Source of the DNA: a virus
Taxonomy: Duplodnaviria > Caudoviricetes
Length of the DNA stretch: 45,383 nucleotides
IMG/VR virus record: IMGVR_UViG_3300020045_012446
Coordinates: 1 to 45,383 of that record
Strand: one strand, 5' to 3'
Shown: piece after piece, positions 25,868 to 34,268 of the stretch
Layout of the letters: each line of letters starts with the position of its first letter
Position numbering within the stretch: the first letter of the stretch is position 1
The notes under the pieces: model-generated
What the model was told of the DNA's origin: nothing
What the model saw: the letters and a program-made list of their open reading frames with translations, nothing else
The model's database searches: none
Program-made: the position numbers and the translations under genes

Positions 25868-27202
25868 TTATTCTATCTTTTTTAAATTATTATAATCTTT
25901 TCCATACGCAACACTTGATTTAAATCCACTTTGTTCAATTAATGTTTTTATATCTTTTAATATACTTTTATTATCATTATTATAATCAATAAGGTATGAA
26001 TCATATGTATATAATATACAACTACTATTTTTATCTTCCAAATATTTTAATAAAAGTTTAATATTTTGTATATTATAATATGTTTCAGCGGACTGAATTA
26101 TGTAATTATATATTTTTTGTGGTGTTGGGTTTGATATTTCCGATAACTTAATTTTCCTCCCACCAACCAATTCAGCGTATCCATTTTCTTGCATTGTAAT
26201 CCATATCCCCTCAATATATTTTTCCAATTTTTGCCAAAAAGGTACATGTTTATATTGAGGAAAAACACCCCCATTCATCATTTTGAATGAAAGTTGTTTA
26301 CTTTTCTTATACTCTTCTTCAGTTAATTCCTCTTTTTGGAAATACATTTTACCCATTTCGGTATGAATATCTTCTTCAACAAATTCATATTCAATTAATT
26401 TAGCTGATATGAGTAAGTGGTATGCGCGCATATCAAATTCAAATAAATATTCTTCTTTAGGTATTATAAATTCTCGTGTTCCATCCAGTTTTTTTAATGC
26501 AGCAAAATTAATTCCATTAAAGGAGTTAGATGGACGTGAAGTAAAATTATATAAATTATATTGCGTGTATATTTTACCATCCTTTATAGAAAATTGTGGA
26601 TGTTTTATAGAATAATGTTGTTCAAATTTAGCGCGATCTATGGTTATCCCTTCTTTTTCAATACAGTACATATAATATATATAGTCTGTATTATAATACG
26701 CAGAAGACACGCTTTTTCCTATATAATCCTGTATAAAACAATATATAGATTCTTGTTCTTCATAATGTTTAGATATTGGAATAAATGAATTTAAATTAGT
26801 TTTTGTTTTAAAAGACCCTTCAATATATCCAGCAACTATTGATTTAAAATCAGGTATTTCTAGGGAAAAAATTGTGTTTTCTAAATGCAATAAATTAATA
26901 TCTATTACATTATTATCTTTAAATTCTTCCCCTAAATAATATAATATTTTTTTCTTATCTAAAACATATATTTGAGGATGTTTTAATAAAAATTCCTTAA
27001 TTAAATTTATATCTAAATCTATTCCATCATTGTGGTTTATACTAAACATATATCCCTTATGTCCCTCTACCTTATAATAAATTAAAGATACTTGAGTTAA
27101 TTTTGGATGATAATTATGATTTAAAGGAATTACCGCAACATAACACGGTTTGTTATAAGATAATTTTTCTAATTGATTCTTATTGTCTATTAACCAAAAC
27201 AT
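25868..27202 (-). CDS. Compact, divergent family A DNA polymerase-like protein
   Basis: TSRPS, motif A EFDMRAYH, DIHT, motif B SKQLSFKMMNG, NYIIQS, motif C YTYDS. Confidence 0.75.
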   Translation of the reverse strand: MFWLIDNKNQLEKLSYNKPCYVAVIPLNHNYHPKLTQVSLIYYKVEGHKGYMFSINHNDGIDLDINLIKEFLLKHPQIYVLDKKKILYYLGEEFKDNNVIDINLLHLENTIFSLEIPDFKSIVAGYIEGSFKTKTNLNSFIPISKHYEEQESIYCFIQDYIGKSVSSAYYNTDYIYYMYCIEKEGITIDRAKFEQHYSIKHPQFSIKDGKIYTQYNLYNFTSRPSNSFNGINFAALKKLDGTREFIIPKEEYLFEFDMRAYHLLISAKLIEYEFVEEDIHTEMGKMYFQKEELTEEEYKKSKQLSFKMMNGGVFPQYKHVPFWQKLEKYIEGIWITMQENGYAELVGGRKIKLSEISNPTPQKIYNYIIQSAETYYNIQNIKLLLKYLEDKNSSCILYTYDSYLIDYNNDNKSILKDIKTLIEQSGFKSSVAYGKDYNNLKKIE

Positions 27203-27223
27203 AACTTTTTATTTATTTCCTCT

Positions 27224-27252
27224 AATATACGAAATAAAATTTACAAAACCTA
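27224..27252 (-). promoter_or_regulatory. Promoter motif TAGG-N15-TTCGTATATT at the structural-to-replication boundary
   Basis: Copy of the recurrent motif, about 22 nt before the ATG. Confidence 0.65.
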
Positions 27253-27256
27253 ATTT

Positions 27257-27874
27257 TTATGGTTTGTAAAATTGTTGTAGATTAGTTAGATATTGTTTTA
27301 TACCTGAAAATGTTTTTTCTTTATTATCTATTATTCTTTGATTTGTATCTATTACTCCTGCTCTAACTATAGTACCATTTGGTCTTTCATCATATAAAGG
27401 GCCGGAAATTTGCCAAAATAATGATGTAACTTTCCATAAAGGATAGTTATATATTCCTCCTTCATTGAATAAATCGGTGTATGTGTTTTGGTCTATTTCA
27501 ATGATTTTAAAATTACGAATAGTTCTTTGTTTAGCAAAGTATCTTGTAATTTTTTTAAAAGAATAATCTTGTTCGGTTGGTTTGGGATAGAAGGGAGAAG
27601 GTTCAATCAATTCAACCATACTTATATTACCTTTATTTAATCTATTAAAAGTGGATGTGTCTTTATTTTTAGGAATTTTAATATCTCCACTTTTTGGAAG
27701 TTCTGATTTAATTAATGGTAATTTTATAACAGTTTGTGGGTTATCTCCAGCAAAGTATTTTCCATCATAAGTTATATAATAAGAGCCTACATAGGATTTA
27801 CCTTCTTCCGTAATAAATTCTCCCGGATTAGCTTTTTGTGATGTTATTATGCGAGATTTTGGAAAATAAGACAT
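27257..27874 (-). CDS. Putative baseplate-region protein
   Basis: Position at the end of the tail operon. Confidence 0.5.
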   Translation of the reverse strand: MSYFPKSRIITSQKANPGEFITEEGKSYVGSYYITYDGKYFAGDNPQTVIKLPLIKSELPKSGDIKIPKNKDTSTFNRLNKGNISMVELIEPSPFYPKPTEQDYSFKKITRYFAKQRTIRNFKIIEIDQNTYTDLFNEGGIYNYPLWKVTSLFWQISGPLYDERPNGTIVRAGVIDTNQRIIDNKEKTFSGIKQYLTNLQQFYKP

Positions 27875-27879
27875 GTTAT

Positions 27880-30800
27880 TTATTTTGAAAAGATTGTTTT
27901 ACCGATAATTATCCCTCCTCTTGATTTTAATTCTTGGAGGTATTTTACATTAGTTCCCGCCCCATATGCTTTTGGATCTGCGGCGGTAAAATTAATTATG
28001 TTCCAGGGAACTTTGATTAATATGTTTTGTATAGCACCAAATATTAAATTTTGGTTATTTTGATCTGGGCCTTTTGTATAATTTATGCTTGGAGTATGTC
28101 CATTATTTTTTGTTCCTGTTACAGATTGAAATTGGTTTTTTTCATATAAAACTTGAGTTACACCATCCACTTTATATTTTCTAGCTCTGTTTAATATAGC
28201 AGCAGCAACATATGCTCTTTCTGTTTGGTTTGAACTGGATTCAGCAAAAGTAGCAGCAATTAATTGATTCCACTCTTTATCAGACATTTTTCTTCCTAAA
28301 TAAGATTCTGCGGATTTTCTTGCTTGTTGGTTACCGGCTGTATAATTAGTAAATTCAAAATAAACTCCACTATTTACGTCTGTTAATCCGGTAGGGGCTT
28401 GTCCTAATTTTTCTATATAAGCTTGTATATCTTCCTTATCAAACCTTATGTTAATAGTTTGTCCGGTAATTTTTGTCGTCCATTTATTATCTGCAAAATT
28501 CTGATTAATGCTATGTATAATAAAAGCTATTTTTTGTTTATTATCTATTGTTTTATATGATGAAGGCAATAAATTAACTGGTATAGTAAAAGCTGAATTA
28601 GGAATTATTCCTGATATTCCATCCATTTCAAGACTAAAATCTAACGGAATTATTATTGATGCTCTGTTTGTAGAATCTATTTTGGTTCGGAATTCTGAAA
28701 TTAATTCTTTGTATGTGTTTATTGAGGGATCTATAGAGGCAACATCTACCTTAAATATGGTTTCCCCCATTATTTGTTTTAAATGAATCTTTAATGTATC
28801 TAAATTATTTACACTTATTTGATTTGTATTAGATGATGTAATACCTAAAGTTTCTGCAACCACTTTAGAGGAAGTTTTTTCCGTTGCAACTCGATCTATT
28901 AATCCTCTAGATAAGTTTGATATAGCAAAAGCATCATCACCCAATGATTCAGGATGAGCTTGAGCTGCTATTGTTATCATACTAGCCATATTGGGGCCTA
29001 TTTTTGATTTAAAACTATAGTTATAAACTATACTTTTATTTCCATATAAAGGAATTTCTGTATACTGATTAATATCTTCTAATTCAGAACGCAAAGATGT
29101 TTTATTATCATCAATTATTCTCATACATTTATTAGAATCATCTATTGATATTCTAAATTCATTAAATCCACACAACGATTTACTTATTCCTTCTAGAATA
29201 GTATTTAAAAAGTCTGATAGGTTTACTTTCCCCTTTCCATCATTTTCTCTTTGTTGTCTTAATATATCTGTTATATAATTTATATTAATAGCTATATACA
29301 TCATTCTAGCACGGACTTCTTTCTCAGATGAGGTAACATTTAAATACCCATTGGTTGGTCCTCCTCCCCCAGTTTCAGATACACTTACTCTTTTTGTTTT
29401 TGTTTTTCCCTCCTCATCTACATATCTTACATTCTTCATTTGAACTACATTTCCATTTAATGAATTAAATAATTCATCGGACATTGTTCCTAACCCAAAA
29501 GGATCATCTAAATTATTTTGGTTCCTTGGTATAATACATACCCTAGGGTCCATAGATATCTGTCCTCTAAATGTAGAACAATAATTCAAACTGTCATTAA
29601 AATCTAAATATATATGAGGTTTACTTACTCCATCCACTTTATCATATATCATTCCCGTAGAGGTAAGTAATGCTAATAAATGTCCTAATGTTATATAAAC
29701 AGAATCTTCGGTAATTCCTCCATCAGGATTCATTTTATATGGGACTCTAATTGCACTAAATAATGTATTATCCACTGTAGGGATTTCTATTTCAGGACCT
29801 CCATTATTTCTATTTATTTCAGATATTAAAGAATAGTGATTTCCTTTTATAGCAGTTGGATCACCATCTATATTACCATCTTCTTTAAATTTAATAAAAT
29901 TATATGGACCATGAGTAAATATTTTATTAAGTAATTCTCTGTATTTAGGTGTGCTAGTTCCTACTATAGAAGTCCCATTAAGTTTAGTATCTAATGCTAT
30001 AACTCTTTCATTTATAGAAAATAATGCATTATTTAATAAAGATAAATCTTTATCCGCTACTCGAGAAGTAATAGTAATATCTTCAGACTCAGTTATAGGT
30101 GTTTTTTTAGTAAATGAAAAATTTACATTTTTATCTACGGCTTGATTTATTTTTAATGATTCGAGTATATCCCCAGCCCCAACTAATTTTATATCGCAAA
30201 TATATGAACCATCGCTTTGTGCTTCCCATCCAAAATTAGATGTAACTCCTATCATGGCATCGTAATTACCAGAATGAGATACTCTTTTATTTTGTATAGC
30301 TTTTACTAAACTTTCTTTAGTTTTATGTTGGAAAACATTTAACGGTAGAGGTTTTTTCAAATTTAAATTTTCATCCAAATAAACCGTGTGACCCCACTCT
30401 AATACAAGAGAAAATCCCAGCTTCATATATAAAGCATCGAATAATTCAAGTTGTTCAAGGTCATAACAAATAAATTTTATAGAAGCGTATTGTAGTGTAC
30501 CTAATTTACCTGCTGAGCTTAAATCAATTGAAGTTATACCAGGCATAGGTTTGAAACCTAGTGGTCTTCCCTCTAACATACCATACACTCCATCTTTTCC
30601 AACACCAGAACGATTTGTTATGCCAGTATATTCATTAGAACTGTTGGTATGACCTTCTACTGTACCTCCTTGTAATATATATTTTTTAGCTAAAGCATCA
30701 CCACTTAATCCATATTTTTTGAATAAGGGATGTGATGTTTGAACGTCAACACATGAAGTTAACCTAATCCAAGAATTTTTATTATTTAAATAAATTAAAT

Positions 30801-30915
30801 GCTTATTTTCTCGTTTTATGTTAGATTCTTCAAGAAATTTTTTACGTTTTTCTATTTCATTAGCGACATATGGAAGAAATGGCCCACCCGCTATATTTGT
30901 AAATTTTTCAGCCAT
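27880..30915 (-). CDS. Baseplate hub / tail-associated lysin with C-terminal SleB (Hydrolase_2)-like domain
   Basis: C-terminal FAES..ERAYVAAAILNR..NQFQSV; hub-like position and size. Confidence 0.7.
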   Translation of the reverse strand: MAEKFTNIAGGPFLPYVANEIEKRKKFLEESNIKRENKHLIYLNNKNSWIRLTSCVDVQTSHPLFKKYGLSGDALAKKYILQGGTVEGHTNSSNEYTGITNRSGVGKDGVYGMLEGRPLGFKPMPGITSIDLSSAGKLGTLQYASIKFICYDLEQLELFDALYMKLGFSLVLEWGHTVYLDENLNLKKPLPLNVFQHKTKESLVKAIQNKRVSHSGNYDAMIGVTSNFGWEAQSDGSYICDIKLVGAGDILESLKINQAVDKNVNFSFTKKTPITESEDITITSRVADKDLSLLNNALFSINERVIALDTKLNGTSIVGTSTPKYRELLNKIFTHGPYNFIKFKEDGNIDGDPTAIKGNHYSLISEINRNNGGPEIEIPTVDNTLFSAIRVPYKMNPDGGITEDSVYITLGHLLALLTSTGMIYDKVDGVSKPHIYLDFNDSLNYCSTFRGQISMDPRVCIIPRNQNNLDDPFGLGTMSDELFNSLNGNVVQMKNVRYVDEEGKTKTKRVSVSETGGGGPTNGYLNVTSSEKEVRARMMYIAININYITDILRQQRENDGKGKVNLSDFLNTILEGISKSLCGFNEFRISIDDSNKCMRIIDDNKTSLRSELEDINQYTEIPLYGNKSIVYNYSFKSKIGPNMASMITIAAQAHPESLGDDAFAISNLSRGLIDRVATEKTSSKVVAETLGITSSNTNQISVNNLDTLKIHLKQIMGETIFKVDVASIDPSINTYKELISEFRTKIDSTNRASIIIPLDFSLEMDGISGIIPNSAFTIPVNLLPSSYKTIDNKQKIAFIIHSINQNFADNKWTTKITGQTINIRFDKEDIQAYIEKLGQAPTGLTDVNSGVYFEFTNYTAGNQQARKSAESYLGRKMSDKEWNQLIAATFAESSSNQTERAYVAAAILNRARKYKVDGVTQVLYEKNQFQSVTGTKNNGHTPSINYTKGPDQNNQNLIFGAIQNILIKVPWNIINFTAADPKAYGAGTNVKYLQELKSRGGIIIGKTIFSK

Positions 30916-30919
30916 AACA

Positions 30920-31234
30920 TTATTTAAATTTTTCCAAATATTTATCTAAAGAATTTGAAAATTCTTTTTCTTTAATGGGATTATCCATCACTTCACTAAA
31001 TTCTCCACCATATATTTCAGAACTATCTATATCATTAAGTATCCATCCCTTAATTCCTCCTTCATCATCTTGTTTAACATTAACACTTCCGTATTCATCA
31101 ATCCATTCTTGAATGCATTTATCTATAATGTCTTTATATTTTAATATAAGAGGATGAATCGTTGGGTTATTTACTTTTACTTCAGTCAATATCCCAGCCA
31201 ATTGTTGTAGGCGTTTTATTTCGTTATATTTCAT
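30920..31234 (-). CDS. Hypothetical protein with shared leader MKYNEIKRLQQLAGILTEVKVNNP
   Basis: Leader shared with 24413-24856; the body is unrelated. Confidence 0.7.
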   Translation of the reverse strand: MKYNEIKRLQQLAGILTEVKVNNPTIHPLILKYKDIIDKCIQEWIDEYGSVNVKQDDEGGIKGWILNDIDSSEIYGGEFSEVMDNPIKEKEFSNSLDKYLEKFK

Positions 31235-31526
31235 TTTCTTTATTAAAAGTATTTATTATGGCTGTAATGTCTTTAGGTATTCTAAGCTGTATTCCGATAG
31301 GAGGATAAAATGAGTCGCATTCTAAATCGTTTACCATAGCAACAACCCACCAAAAGGATTCATCACCCCAAAAATCATAAGCAATAAGGTCTAATCTATC
31401 CTCAAATGATGTAATAATATACACATCACTTTCTTGATATCCTATTTCGGGATAATAAGTTTGTGAGTATATATTTTTTCCATCTAAGGATTTTTGTGTT
31501 GGTATAGTTAAGTAACGTGATGACAT
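31224..31526 (-). CDS. LysM-like baseplate wedge protein (gp53/tail X-like)
   Basis: DRLDLIAYDFWGD..WWVVAMVN..G.QLRIP. Confidence 0.8.
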   Translation of the reverse strand: MSSRYLTIPTQKSLDGKNIYSQTYYPEIGYQESDVYIITSFEDRLDLIAYDFWGDESFWWVVAMVNDLECDSFYPPIGIQLRIPKDITAIINTFNKENEI

Positions 31527-31539
31527 AATTATATTTTAT

Positions 31540-33360
31540 TTAATCATTAATAGGATTTTTTCCTAATAATACTTGGAATGGATTTTTATCTCTAATGAAA
31601 TTTTCGATATCTCCTATATTTTCTGATATTAATGATGGTACATTATAGTCATTTCTAGTAATTGTTCTTGGTAGTGTATGTAATATTGGAGCAAAAGTTA
31701 CTGATACGTTTATTGCTTGAGGTAATTCCATCATATCATTATCTTTACCTCCTTCTGGTTCATCCATTTTTATTTCCCAAGTATAATTATCATCAATAGA
31801 AAAATTAAGGGATTTTAACACACCCGGAGTTCTATATAAATATTCACCTATAGTAAGTCTAGTTATATTACCTCTCATAAATCCTGTCCCTAAATCGTAA
31901 TCAGGAGATAGAGTTGAATTAAGGTAATTTAATTTTTGCCATAAAGGTTTCATTTCCTGTTTAGATTGGGCTATTACAATAAAATTAAATGAAATAGTTC
32001 TATCAAATCCTTGATAGTTATATATATTTTCTCCTCTACCAGCATATTTTTTACTATTCCAATCAGCACTATTATTATCTGTAAATCCTTTTAAATAAGC
32101 TCTAAAATGTGTTCTATATGTATTATTTGGATTATCATTATCTATAGTTTCAAAGGCAAATTTTATTAAATCTCTTGTATTTGGGTCTTTTTCTACTGTG
32201 TTTTTTTCAAAATTACCATAATATATAGGAGACATATTTACCTTATCCTGACCATCTTTATTTATAGTATTAGTATTAGTTCGCATATTCCTTGTTCTTG
32301 AACCAGGAGCACCAATCCCAATACGAGTAGTCATAGGTACCATATTATCCTTATAATTTTTAGTATATGAACTCCCTGATGGAAGACCTAATCTAAAATC
32401 ATTAAATAAAGTATTAGTTACAACTCCATTTACTACTACAGATTCTTTATCTTTTAATTGGTTATATGTCAATGTATTAAAGAATGGGGAGACATTTGAT
32501 GTACTTTTTTCAGGTTGGAAAATATTCCCATTACCATCTATACCTAACAATGAGTCATAGCTACCACTAGGTGAAATATCTTTTATAAAACCACTTATAT
32601 CATATCCTGGATTTTGTTTGTTTGATCCTAATGAGGATGTAGTACTAGATGAAATATATAATGGTATTAATGAAGATTTAGGAGCTTTATTAGTGTTAAT
32701 AGCAACACCCTTATGGTCTGTTGCTTTAAACATAACAGTTTCTCCCTCTCCATATGTAGAACCAGGTCCTCCAAGATAATTAAATATCTGAAATTCATCA
32801 TTAGAAATCCCTAAATTTTCTAATTTAGATTGGTCAATTTCTTCTCCTAATATTTTTGATTTATATAAAGTTACAAGTCTATTATCTTCTGTTTCTTTTT
32901 TACCAACAATAGAAAAATATTTATTATCGGGATCTAATAATGTAAGAGGAGTTGCTCCGGGTCTTGGGTAATGAGTTCCTGTACCCGCTGTCAAAACGGA
33001 TAGTAATAAATTTGAATTCAAATTATAAGTTTGAGTATTGATTCTTCCTCCATTTTTGCCTGTTTCAGATAATGGATTGGATTTTTGCAAACCAACTTGT
33101 TTTGAAGTAAAATTACTACCTTTAGGAAAATCAGTTAAAAACTTGCGTACTCTGATTGCATCTTCTGCTGCGGCACGCACTGAATATAAACCTCCTCTTA
33201 TTGGATAATCCGAACTGAATCGCGCAGTTTCTCGCGCTATATCTTGAGTTGTTTGATTGTTGTCGTATGATTTAATATAAGGTAAACCAGAACTTCCCCC
33301 ATCAGGTTGGTCTTTTCCAAACTTAAGTGTTTTTAAATTAGATTTAATTTCTCTTAACAT
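31540..33360 (-). CDS. Baseplate / tail-tube initiator-like protein
   Basis: C-terminal W...GRGE..Y.Y.G..R.I.F.F tube-initiator-like pattern; follows the tape measure. Confidence 0.6.
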   Translation of the reverse strand: MLREIKSNLKTLKFGKDQPDGGSSGLPYIKSYDNNQTTQDIARETARFSSDYPIRGGLYSVRAAAEDAIRVRKFLTDFPKGSNFTSKQVGLQKSNPLSETGKNGGRINTQTYNLNSNLLLSVLTAGTGTHYPRPGATPLTLLDPDNKYFSIVGKKETEDNRLVTLYKSKILGEEIDQSKLENLGISNDEFQIFNYLGGPGSTYGEGETVMFKATDHKGVAINTNKAPKSSLIPLYISSSTTSSLGSNKQNPGYDISGFIKDISPSGSYDSLLGIDGNGNIFQPEKSTSNVSPFFNTLTYNQLKDKESVVVNGVVTNTLFNDFRLGLPSGSSYTKNYKDNMVPMTTRIGIGAPGSRTRNMRTNTNTINKDGQDKVNMSPIYYGNFEKNTVEKDPNTRDLIKFAFETIDNDNPNNTYRTHFRAYLKGFTDNNSADWNSKKYAGRGENIYNYQGFDRTISFNFIVIAQSKQEMKPLWQKLNYLNSTLSPDYDLGTGFMRGNITRLTIGEYLYRTPGVLKSLNFSIDDNYTWEIKMDEPEGGKDNDMMELPQAINVSVTFAPILHTLPRTITRNDYNVPSLISENIGDIENFIRDKNPFQVLLGKNPIND

Positions 33361-34042
33361 ATAAAAATTTTAGTCCGTTTTTAGTTTGTTTTGAAAGTCC
33401 TGTTAAAATGTTAGATATAGATGTCTTATTAATATTTAGTTTATTAGAAGCATCAATTATCGATTCATAAATTATCCCATTAGAACACGATATTGTTTTT
33501 CCTTTTCGTGGCAATGATTTTTTATATCTTGATAACACAGCCTGTTCTTTCCCAAATAATTCTTCTAATGTTTTTCCTTTTTTAGCAATACTCATTTTTT
33601 CTCTTGATTCTAAAGAATGAGTATGATTTGAAAAATTAGATGGTTTCCCTTTTAACGCTTTTGAAACATGAGGCAAAGATTTCCCTTTTTTTGCTTTACT
33701 TATAACATCCCCAAACCCATCAGGTTTTGGTTTTCTCATTTTAATTTTGGTTTCTTCACTATGATTAATAGGACCTCCCCCACCTTTATTTTTATTTAAA
33801 CCATTATTAAAACTATCATAAATACTAATCCAATATTTTTCTCTGAGTTTTAACTCTTCTTTTGAACAATATTCGATTATTTCAAATTCATGGTTATTCC
33901 ACCCATATGTATCTATTGATTCTTTTATTAGTGGTTGAGTTCTAATACTTCTACTAGAATACACCTTCTCCCTCCTAATTAAATCTATAGAACATCCTAT
34001 ATAGATTCCTATAGGAGATGTAATTTTATAAATACCAATCAT
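33344..34042 (-). CDS. GIY-YIG homing endonuclease with NUMOD3-like repeats
   Basis: GIYKITSP..IYIG; HSEETKIKM and HSLESREKMS. Confidence 0.85.
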   Translation of the reverse strand: MIGIYKITSPIGIYIGCSIDLIRREKVYSSRSIRTQPLIKESIDTYGWNNHEFEIIEYCSKEELKLREKYWISIYDSFNNGLNKNKGGGGPINHSEETKIKMRKPKPDGFGDVISKAKKGKSLPHVSKALKGKPSNFSNHTHSLESREKMSIAKKGKTLEELFGKEQAVLSRYKKSLPRKGKTISCSNGIIYESIIDASNKLNINKTSISNILTGLSKQTKNGLKFLYVKRN

Positions 34043-34043
34043 A

Positions 34044-34247
34044 TTAAAGAGGCAAATTATCAGAATATTTTGATGGTGGTTGTTTTGGGTCTAAACGAGA
34101 TGGAGTGGGTTTTCCAACAATACCGGGGGTTCCATTTAATGAATACTCATTATGTTGTTTAGAAGTTTGTAATGCTGTTACATTATTTTGAGATACACCA
34201 CCTGTTGATAGGTGGGATTTTACTACTTGGTCTATTATTGTTGCCAT
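34044..34247 (-). CDS. Small tail-region protein
   Basis: Own ATATTTAT motif upstream. Confidence 0.6.
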   Translation of the reverse strand: MATIIDQVVKSHLSTGGVSQNNVTALQTSKQHNEYSLNGTPGIVGKPTPSRLDPKQPPSKYSDNLPL

Positions 34248-34268
34248 GTTATTATTTTATTATAAATA

